From positions 10,360,973 through 10,424,972 of the forward strand of contig OZ037770.1 of assembly GCA_964035545.1 (NCBI GenBank): a stretch of 64,000 bases of DNA, read 5' to 3'. This stretch comes from Bugula neritina (taxonomy: Eukaryota; Animalia; Bryozoa). Position numbers and translations under genes: made by a program. This document shows positions 1-10,537 of this stretch, in pieces (the stretch's first letter is position 1; every line of letters begins with the position of its first letter). The notes beneath the pieces were generated by a model. The model worked only from the letters and a program-made list of their open reading frames with translations. It was not told the DNA's origin and searched no databases.

Positions 1-480
1 AAAATTGGCTGTAAACAAACAAAAAACATTGGCTTACCAACATGTTGGAGTATAGTGTGTTGGTTGTAGTGATTGCAGTGGAGTTGTACAATTTCAGCTC
101 ATCTTATGATGGCAATGGATAGAGAAACCTGTTAGCAAGTTTATTATGACTGATGAAATGATCATGAAATTAACTAAACCACCCATTTTTAGTGGTAAAA
201 TATTTACAAACAAGTTTAGAGAATGCAGTTTACAGCTTTTTTCTAGATGTTGTATTACATAGAGTTGAGTTTACCCAGTTGCACCTGTATGTTATGGCTA
301 GCATGCTTGCTTGAAAACCGGAGATCTTAAAGGGTTCGAATCTTAGTTGGGGCTGAACTATTTTACAAGTTATTTTGGCTATTTCTTCAGTTAAGCTTTC
401 GGTCATTGCAAATCGATCATATATAGTTGTCATTCAAAATTTACAGATCAAACTCTATAGAACTTAGAAATTGTCTGTTT

Positions 481-780
481 TTAAATCGCGCAGCTAGAGC
501 CACGAGATAGAGCTTTAACGAAGGAAGACAACCCCGTGATTCCGCCAACGAGTGAGAAGGGTTGAAAGATGAGTCGCGCGCGTTTCCATAGCTTCTATAT
601 CAATATTGTTGTTGTCACTGGTTGTTGTTGTTGTGGTGATGGTTAGTGATTCCCTAGACGCCATTACTAACTTCAGTATGCTGCTGAAATGTTAAAATAT
701 TATTTGTCTTGAGATTGATCAATAACGTAAAGGTGCCCAAATCACACGCTTTAGTTTGTTTTTAGTTTAAACAAGGTAAT
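481..780 (+). promoter_or_regulatory. CpG-enriched putative promoter / non-coding first exon of copy 1
   Basis: Block GACAACCCCGTG..GAGTCGCGCGC..TTTC..ACGCCATTACTAAC..ATCACACGCT is homologous to blocks upstream of copies 2 and 3. The first coding exon is preceded by an acceptor (TTTTATAG, 4995), implying an upstream UTR exon. Confidence 0.5.
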
Positions 781-1041
781 TGTGAGATTACCAGCAGCAT
801 TTCGACTAGGCAACTTAAATATATTACTATTAGTATTACAATTTACATTTAGTTTTATTGTTTAGTTTTACTTTCGTCCATGACCATTGTGATTGCTCAT
901 ATGCTAATACTAGTTATAGTGAAATACTATTAACATTAGTAAATACTATTACTATTAGTATTAGTATTAGTAATAATATTACTTTTACTATTAGATTAGC
1001 ATTAATATTACTATTACTATCAGTATTAGTATATTAGTATA

Positions 1042-3460
1042 GAGGCTTTTCACAAGCCCTCTGGGGACATTTGTATTTTGAAGTTGTCTCCTCCCAGAAG
1101 GGCGAAGTGCAGTCTCCATGATATATAGAACAAGCACATAAAATCAGTAGAAATTTAAGGTTTGTGGGAAGACTATTGCTAGTACGAGTTTCATTTTTTC
1201 TGAGATTAATATTTTGGCATAAGCACACAGGTTAGCAGTTCCAGAAAAATTTTAAAAATTTTCTTTCTTCAAAAATCTTGAGAAAAATTAACTTCAAAGC
1301 ATGTTTGTGGTTTTGGTTACTGCACGAGCAAGCTGAATTGGCAACTATGAGATAAGTCCCATTAATCATTTTTTGTGCTGGCTGTCATATTTAATTTATA
1401 GCTGTTGACCTTTCAACTCTTTGGTCAGAATGTGCTGTTAACACAGTGTTAGAGCACTGCTACTCTGCTAGTGCACTAAATGAGACAGCAGATTAGCTGT
1501 GTTAGCATTTTCATTACACTTACACACTTATGCTATGAGAATAGCTAGACTTTAACCTCAACATCCATCATTTTCACAAAAAGCATTTTCACAAAGCTAT
1601 AGATATATATTAAATAGACAGATTAAATATGAAATGTGCTTTGATACATGTCGGTTAATTTTCTAATACAGGTTAAATGCACTATTGCAATTGTAACAAT
1701 TGCGCTCAAATAAATATATATCTAGATAATTTAATCGAAAACCCGAGATAACCTTTTAGCAGTTGGCATTCAGGCCCTTGTGTTACAGCTTTGTTATTTC
1801 TTAATTATGCCTGTGGCTTGTAGCATTTAGGAGCATGCAGTAGTGAAGAAATTGAGATAGCCCAAGTTCTTTAACTTTCTTTGCAAATGTTGGTGTTGCG
1901 TATAATACAACTTTTTTGCTACATTTCTAATCTAGAAAAAAGGCTTTTCTCAATTTCTCCATTAGTACTGCATCTACCTCGTGTGTAGTAGTCATCTCCG
2001 TCAACTGCGGTAGATTCAAGATCCTAGTTAATGTATGGTAGGTTAAAATATAGTTATATAATAAAATGGATATTCAATATAAAATAGGTAAACTAAGCTA
2101 ATCACTACTGCACCTGAAAGCCCAAGTTTCCCAACTCATCAAATTGCAGCATAAACTGAATTCTCTGAAAATTACTTTAGAAGGAAATTCTGATTGAAAA
2201 GTATTAAGCAGATTCTTACAAGTGAAGCAGTGAAAGCATGTTGATAAAATTGGGTTATTAACATTTTGCTTGGATTTTCAGTTAAACTGTTTAATGTTAT
2301 AGCTCCTCAACTTCTCATGCTTCAAATATCATGAGCTAGTGTTATTGACACTCAACTGCAGTTATACAACTAGCTTGGCTGATCCCATGGGTCACAAAAT
2401 GTTATAAAATATAAAGCCTTTCTTAAATTTGAGACTCATATTTGAATGACATAAAAGTTTAGAGGTTGGCTATAAGTCACGACAGCACCAATTAGAATAT
2501 TACAGCTATATTATCTTAAAATAGGCATGCGGGAAGATATGTAATTTAAAATCAAGTATAACATTTCAATTAAATCTTTTAAATAAAACTATTAGACCTG
2601 TTGTAAAATATGCAATGAAGATATAGGGCAGACAAAATATTTCAAGATGGATCGATACTGAATGAAAAGATGCCTGCCTAAATATAAAGTGTTTTTAATA
2701 AATTTTTGCATAAACTGAGCTTTGCTTTTCTTGGTAATATTTTTCTTTTAAAGAAGTTTTAGCCATAACATGAAACTATGTAAAGCATTTATGGTCCTTT
2801 GAACATAATGTAGCACAAACTCTTCAAAGTGTAATTAAGTACACATGCTATCACCATCATTTTGAGACTACAAATTTAATCTGTCTATTTAATATATATC
2901 TATAGCTTTGTGAAAATGCTTTTTGTGAAAATGATGGATGTTGAGGTTATAGTCCAGCTATTCTCATAGCATAAGTGTGTAAGTGTAATGAAAATGCTAA
3001 CACAGCTAATCTGCTGTCTCATTTAGTGCACTAGCAGAGTAACAGTGCTCTAACACTGTGTTAACAGCACATTCTGACCAAAGAGTTGAAAGGTCAACAG
3101 CTATAAACTAAATATGACAGCCAGCACAACAAATGATTAATGGGACTTATCTCATAGTTGCCAATTCAGCTTGCTCATGCAGTAACCAAAACCACAAACA
3201 TGCTTTGAAGTTAATTTTTCTCAAGATTTTTGAAGAAAGAAAATTTTTAAAATTTTTCTGGAACTGCTAACCTGTGTGCTTATGCCAAAATATTAATCTC
3301 AGAAAAAATGAAACTCGTACTAGCAATAGTCTTCCCACAAACCTTAAATTTCTACTGATTTTATGTGCTTGTTCTATATATCATGGAGACTGCACTTCGC
3401 CCTTCTGGGAGGAGACAACTTCAAAATACAAATGTCCCCAGAGGGCTTGTGAAAAGCCTC
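1042..3460. mobile_element. Non-autonomous foldback DNA transposon with ~587-bp terminal inverted repeats (GAG...CTC ends; Sola-like, tentative)
   Basis: 1042-1628 is the reverse complement of 2874-3460 with few mismatches (mirror ORFs 1034..1228- and 3274..3489+); flanks TATA / TATT; non-coding interior; absent from the homologous region of copies 2 and 3. Confidence 0.8.
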
Positions 3461-3765
3461 TATTATTATTAATATTAGTATCACCATAATCATGCAAATA
3501 TCATATTGATTTTTATTTTTTAGGTACGACATTTACTGTTGAGTTTGACTATGACTTAGACTTATCAGTATGACTCTGACTATCAATCGGTATGAGTATC
3601 ACTATTGACTATGAGTATTACTGTTAGTCTGAGTATGACTATGCTTATCACTGTGGTCTCTGAGTCGGATTATCAGTATGAATATCACTATCAGACTATG
3701 CATGACTATGAGTACTAGTTGACAAATAGTAACAGTGAATGTAATAGTACAAGTAATCCTAATAG

Positions 3766-4240
3766 TGTTGTAGTCTCGTACACTACTAGATTGGGTGTTT
3801 TTGTGTGCTAGTAATTACTGCATATCCACTGTGAGGTTATGTGAAAAACCGAATCAGTTGATCATGGGAACGAGAGAACTGTATTTAGTTGATTATACAC
3901 CAGTAAAAAGTACGATACATAGGCTAAAGTGAGAAAAATATAGAAATAATTGAGCAGTTACATGTAGTTATCCTAGTAGTTACTAATACTGTCCAAGACC
4001 GACTGTGGGCGCCGGAAGGCGTTACTTATATATGAGTGGTGGACCCTGATTAGTCGACACAGATTTCAGCGGTGTCGTCCGCAATTGCTGGCGGTGCCGC
4101 CCGTATGTATTAGTAGGCACCGCATATAGATACGGCATGACTTGGAGTTGCCGTTCCTGACCATAATCTATTGAGTTATGTTTACTAGGGGATACTGGGG
4201 GGGGGAGGGGAGGGGGGTTGTACTTTCACTGACCATTACA
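3766..4240 (-). mobile_element. Solo LTR related to the LTRs of the Gypsy element at 52873-58487
   Basis: Starts TGTTGTAG, ends CCATTACA; shares TTACTGCATATCCACT..GAGGTTATGT, CTGTGGGCGCCGGAAGG and CCATAATCTAT with 58044-58487. TSD degenerate (ATAG/CCAG). Confidence 0.75.
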
Positions 4241-5006
4241 CCAGTACTACTCTGACTATCATTATCAGCATCAATTTTAGTTTCACCATGACTGGCTATC
4301 AGTATCACTATGCCTATAGTTACTATGAGTATGACTGTCAGTATCACTATGCCTATGGGAATAAATTTTTCGTTCGATGATTTGGAATAGTTACATCGAA
4401 TAGAACCACAACCATAAGTTAATACAAACTGCAACCTCAAATCCATTCGAGACAAATAAAACACAGTTCATGACTCTTGACTACTACCTGCATTAACTAA
4501 ACCATTAACTTTAATTATCAAGTTAAAGTTGCAACCAAATATGAATAGCCATTTGAAATTCTCTGTTAATTACAATTACAATTACACTCTGTATTACTAA
4601 TAGTGGAAGTAATAATGCTCTTAGTCATTGTTATATCAAGTATATTTTACATGCTTCTAGAATTGTTTTTATCTGCAGTAATTTTCTATTCACATTTTTA
4701 AAAGCATGTTTCTAAGAAAAACTTTTTTTATTTAAAGACGTATACTTATATGTCAGGTCATGTGACAGTATGAATATATGGTCATGTGACAAGTTTGAAG
4801 CTGCAGTTCTACCTTTTCATGTTAATTCATTTATGTTTGATGATATTGTTTCATTTGAAAAAATTTTCAATGTAGGGAAATTATGTTACAAATTAATTTA
4901 GTTTTCCAAAATGCTTGTTATGCTAGTTTCAATAGCTATTTACTAATTTATATGATTGTTAATTTGAGTAAATGAACTACATTTATATTTTATAGGGTAG
5001 AGCTAA

Positions 5007-8000
5007 ATGGCGGAGGCTGCAGTGGAAAAAGTTGAGTGTGGATTCTGTTTACTAAAAGAAGGTTTAGAGAATCCCAAGTGTCTACCATGTGGTCATGTAC
5101 ACTGTTTACTATGTCTTACTCGTAATGTTGATGTGAATGACATGATCAGGTGTCCCTGGTGTAGGTAAGTTAGTTTTGTATTAGCAGAGCTGAAACATAC
5201 TGTTGCTAAAGAGTTAATGATTTGTATCATATGTTTTATCTTATGCTGAATTTTGCAAGCCGTTATATATAGTTTCCATTATTACTGAATAATTATGTGT
5301 CTTGTCGCAGGGAAGTGTTTGATGTGAGAGTGGAGAATCTTCCTTCTGCTGATATAGAGGACAACTCCGTATCATGTGACGTCTGCACTAAGAAAGGGAT
5401 AGAGAAAGTACCAGCAGTAACCTACTGTACTGTGTGTCGTAAACTATTCTGTAGAAAACATGAGGAGGTAATTCCCTCACATAACTCTTTTTAAATCAGT
5501 TTATGACTGTTTATTCTGTTGTTGCTCAGCTTTTCAATGTGATTGTCATAATTAGCTATGAATTTACTTATTAAGTGTAAAATGATTTCATATTATTTAT
5601 GACTCCTTTTAGATAGTCTAGAATATAACAATGTTTTCCCGCTATGCATAGTTGAGTTATATTTTTCAGTAAATATGTATTTTGTTATATATTCAGTTAC
5701 ATGATGAAATCAGTGATGACCATCAGAAGATGACCATCTCTGACTACAGAATACAAGCCAAGAGACTGGAGATAAGAGTTTGTCCCAAACACACAGCATA
5801 TCCCTACATACATGGATGTAAAGTCTGTGCTCAGCTGTTCTGTGTGCAGTGTGTATCTCCACGCAACTTATGTGTCGGAGGTACGAAATTTTTATATCAT
5901 TTTATGCTATATTTATTTTTCAACTTTTGAGCTTTTAGTAGTACATGATAGTGCATTAGTTGGCTTTTTAAAAATAACTTGAATGTTTTTACAAGATGAT
6001 ATCAAACTGTATAAAGATCACGTAGAAATTAAATAGTAAAACAGACCTGACTAAGAAATAGCAGAACAGAGTTGGAAACAATATGTTCAATTGATAAGTA
6101 TTGACGATGATTAGTAACCTGAATATGTTAGCTATTTTTTATTTAAAGTACTTGTTTACATTTTCTCTGATTGTAATTTAACCAGTCTTTATATAAGATT
6201 ACACTAACAATTAAAAATACTTGTTTACAATGAATCTGTATTGCATGAGTTCCAAACATAATTTGAAATACTATTAAATTGCTTGTGCAGATTAAAATGA
6301 ATCTATATTGTATTACACAGATTCTGAGCATAAGCTGGTTAATTTGGATGACCTAATTAAAGACCTGATCAATATTGATGAATTGACTTCTGCAGAAGAC
6401 AAGATGTCCGCCCACTTCAAACAGTTATCTCAAACTTTATCTGATTTTGATACTGAGACTGGCAAATTGCTGAATATTCTTCAAACACAGCGAGATGAAC
6501 ATGTAAGAATATTATTGGTGTAATTTATTCAATATGAATTTTTCAGGTAAAAGTGGCACTGGTAAAAATTCCACAGGTAATAATGGCACAAATGAGAGAA
6601 TAGGTAATAATGGTACACTGATGTTCAGTTTTCCAAAACACTAAACCCCAAACTCAAGCCCTCATTTCCAAACCCTTAAATCCCCCATTCTAAACTCCCA
6701 ACTACTATCCCAAACTCTAATATTGATAATGTGCCATTTTTACCTACTTCGCCATTTGTGCCATTATTTCCTGTACCATTTTTACCAGACACTATTCAAT
6801 ATGATTTTTGTGATTCTTATTAAAAATATACTTCAACATGCTGTTTAATTTTTATCATTACATTTGCTTCAAATGGCAATTAATTAGGCCTTGAGTAATG
6901 ATCATTCAATCTTTTAACTAGAAGTAGAAAGGAAATAGTGCTTTATATAACTTCCTGTAATGTTTGTGTTGAGTTCTCAGTCTTATAATAATATATACTA
7001 AGCTAGTTGATATCATATTATCAAATACTTGTTTTAGTTGACTGAAGTGAGACTAAAGTATGAGAAACTGGAGAAGGAATTCTTAGCTAGTAGAAAGAAG
7101 ACTAAAGAGGAACTGAACAGATACATGGAGAGAGAAGTTGGAACTGTTTTGTCTCAACTGAGTAACAGTAGAATGAAGATAGAAGCTCAACTTAGACAAA
7201 ACCATCAGGTTTGTAGAATTCAATATTTTCTACTAAACTGAGTTCTCCATTTTACTGTTTTCTGTCTTGTAATAATTTCTACTTATGATTTTACACTTTG
7301 TGGGGTATAAGAGATTCTGGTAGGTAGGCCTGTTTCTTTTCTCAATTCCTTGGTACCACATGCAATTATGCTGTCAAATAAATTTGTATATGTAATACGG
7401 TTTTGTATGTTTTATAGTGGTATATGTTATATCAGAGTGTATGTTATATAATAGTGTATGTCAGGGACGGGCAAATGTTTGTGAAATGAGGGGCCAGATC
7501 TCAAGATTTAAGGTGCCAGAAGGGCCAGGTTTGTTTGTTGTAAATTCAAGGTACACAATGCTGAACTATTAAATGCAAATATAAATTGCCTTTTCTCCCG
7601 TTTCCTGAACTGAAAATATAAATGGCAAAATGTAGATGCAGAATACAAAAGATATGACAGTTTAATAATTTAACAACAATTTGTATATAGTTCACTAAGC
7701 AAGAAAGCAGCAAAAGTTTATTGGGTACACTTATATTAGGCCTACTGTGAGAAGTATGAAATACACTTTTAGTAGCCGTACTAGCACTAATGTCAGTGCT
7801 AGTAATGGGTTCATGTATGGCTACTTGAAGCAAATCTTGTAGATGCTCATTGGTGAGCTAGCTGTGTTCTATTACTATTTGTATATGGTTCATGATAGAA
7901 AACATGCATTTGCAATTATAAGTATAACCAAATATGCCCAGTACTCTTAGTCCCAGTTTAGCTAGTGTAAGGTACTTCTCACTGGTTACTGGTGAAGTGT

Positions 8001-10537
8001 AGAAGCTCACTGTTGTTGCAGCAACTGGTAAATTGAGTTGCTACAGCAACATCACATAACCCAAGTTGTAATGCTGCTATACTTATGCTCTCTGAAGCGT
8101 GATTTTTAGTTTCAGCAACTATATTATTTAATGTAAAATGTCAGCAGTGACAGAAAGCTGTGAAGTATATATTGGTTATTGTGTATCTGTCTAGCAACTG
8201 TTCATATGTGGTCACATGTTACAGGTAGATCTGGTTGAAGGATTTGCAGAGATTAAAGAGAGAATAGAGAGACTGATATCTGTTGAGATACCTAAACTAG
8301 AGCTGTGTGATGTCATGTCTCTAAAGGTCAAAGGTTAGTATACCAAACTAGAGCTGTGTGATGTCATGTCTCTAAAAGTTAAAAGTTATAATTCTACAAC
8401 CAAGCAAGTCAATCTTCCCTGACAAGATTTCAATTCCTAATCTGTTGTATTGGTATTTCAATGCAGGTATAAGATAGATACAAACCTCATATACATAGAC
8501 CAGAATATAGTCACCTTAGCTATTATAGTAAATTATGGAAATAGCTAGGAGGAAGCATTACATTAAATATGTATATAATAATAAGAATAGTTCCTACAGT
8601 CTCCCTTACTAACTTTCACTCAACTTGTACTTTGTAGAAGAGAAGAGAGAAATAGAGGCAGAACTGGTTCCTGCAGCAGACATGATTATTAGTTTAGATC
8701 AAGGAGTGACAACAACTCTCCCTCTCTCGCTCTCTCCCCCTTTTCCCATCCTCCTTTCCCCCTCCCTTCCCCCCTCCCGTCCCCCCTCCCTTCCCCCCTC
8801 CCTTCCCTCTTTCTACCTCTCCCTCTCTTCCTAGCCCTCCCCCTCCTTCCCCTCTCCCTCTCTTCCACTCCCCCTCTCTCCCTCTCTCGCTCTCTCCCCC
8901 TTTTCCCATCCCCCTTCCCCCCTCCTTTCCCCCTCCCTTCCCTCTCTCTACCTCTCCCTCTCTTCCTAGCCCTCCCCCTCCTTCCCCTCTCCCTCTCTTC
9001 CACTCCCCCTCTCTCCCCCTCTCTGCCTCCCCCTCTTCCTAGCCCTACCCCTCCTTCCTCCTACCCTCTCCACTTCTATAGTATCAACTTGTACTTTGTA
9101 GAAGAGAGGAGAGAAATAGCGGCAGAACTGGTTCCTGCAGCAGATATGATTATTAGTTCAGATCAAGGAGTGACAACTCCTATTTTTCCTAAATCTCTCA
9201 AACTCATACAGTCTGTTGATGTTTCTAATAACTGTTATTCTGTCTGTAATTATGAGAGTAACACTTATGTAGGGCTGAGTTATGGTGCAGGGATAGACAG
9301 AATAGATGAGAGTTTCAGTGTTTCTAAGTCTTTTGCTTCTGTTACTGAAAATGTAAATGGGATAGCAGCTTACACCAACCAGTTGTATGCTTTAGTTTGT
9401 GTCATTGATCGCAATCCTCATTGGGTGGTGAATGTGTATGATCTTACTGGGAGACAGGTGACCAGCTGGTCTCACCATGATAGTAGTGTTGGTGTAAACA
9501 AACTTGTTATTGTTGATGACCAGGTTGTAGTTCCTGATAGACACAGTAAAAGACTTACAATCTACTCTCTTACTGGGGAGGTAATTAAACATGTCTTCTG
9601 CCCTCTACTCAGTAGTAGTAATACAGCAATATGTGCAGCAGACAGACATTGTGTAGTAGTTTCTGACTCTGATTCCTCTCAAGTATTTAAATTAGACTTG
9701 ACAACAGAGAAAGTCATCTGGACATGCAAGGATGTATCTCAACCACTAGGTATGACCTGCTATAGAAGTAAATATATTCTTGTGACTAACTGCAGCAGTA
9801 AAACCACCATCTGGATACTGGATGTGGAGACAGGTTGGTGATTCCAGTATTGTAATGTCTGCTGCAAAATATAATATAACATGTAAACTTTGTTCTGTAC
9901 ATGCACTACATATTACTATATTATTTTTATCTTGTATATATTGTATACGCAAACCACAAACAGTGGGTGGGTGTGTTAGTAAGCCATTTCATCAAAGTAA
10001 TCACAGCTCTACTGTATATAATAATTATGTTAGAAATTATAATGATCTCTCTTAGCTGCATATATACTTTCTGGTATGCTGTACAGTGTACACTGTTTGC
10101 ACATGTGCAAAGTAAAGTATGTATTAATGATTAATGGTTTTTTATGTGGCTATTCAACAGTGCAGTTTTGAAAGTTCATTCCCTAGTGTCATGGTATTAA
10201 TTTCTTAGTATTACAAGTATATTGAATATAATTTTGTTAGCACATGGCTGAAGCATATATTAAAGCTGTGACGGGGTATAATGTAGGTAAACAGTTATCT
10301 ATGCTAGAAGATACAACTGTTAGGAGTATTAGTATTACTACAATTTCTGGATATATTATATTATATTTAGGCTATTCTTTGTATTGAACTTGTTTTATTG
10401 TAGGTAGACAGTTATCTAAGCTAGAAGATACAACTGTTAGGAGGGAGAGTAGTGTATATGATCTCCATGTGTATAAAGACATGCTGATTGTACCCAGACG
10501 TTCAGAGAAGAAAGTTCTATTCTACCAACTCAACTGA
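5007..10537 (+). CDS. TRIM-like E3 ubiquitin ligase copy 1 (RING-Bbox1-Bbox2-coiled coil-beta-propeller), 8 coding exons, ~608 aa
   Basis: Exons read by hand with GT-AG ends and consistent phase: 5007-5164 ([28 protein letters not shown]3HC4 RING), 5311-5467 (B-box1 CDVC..CTVC..C..H), 5697-5880 (B-box2 CPKH..CKVC..CVQC), 6321-6502, 7038-7208 and 8225-8333 (coiled coil), 9102-9833 (propeller blades), 10404-10537 (TGA). Total 1827 nt. Confidence 0.88.
6541..6791. mobile_element. MITE with GGTAA(A/T)AATGGCACA subterminal repeats
   Basis: Inverted arrays of this motif; flanked by duplicated TATTCAATATGA; copy at the homologous site in copy 4 (~43851-44048); related pieces at ~36512-36725 and ~36985-37140. 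Confidence 0.65.
7462..8060 (-). mobile_element. Degenerate hAT (Buster/Charlie-like) transposon remnant
   Basis: CAGGG...GAGGGCCAG terminus; minus strand encodes VLGIFGYTYNCKCMFSIMN and LTNEHLQDLL, resembling hAT dimerization-domain motifs FGSTYxCExxFS and LTDEHL. Confidence 0.6.
8716..9075. repeat. Polypyrimidine (C/T) low-complexity tract with internal ~160-bp duplication
   Basis: Almost pure C/T; CTCCCTCTCTCGCTCTCTCCCCCTTTTCCCATCC occurs at ~8718 and ~8878. Confidence 0.9.

Noticed and set aside
1034-3489. Duplicated 64-71 aa ORFs MCLCQNINL...
   Set aside because: Mirror images inside transposon TIRs, non-ATG starts, no domain.
8689-9003. Gly/Arg/Glu-rich minus-strand ORFs
   Set aside because: Translation of the C/T low-complexity tract.
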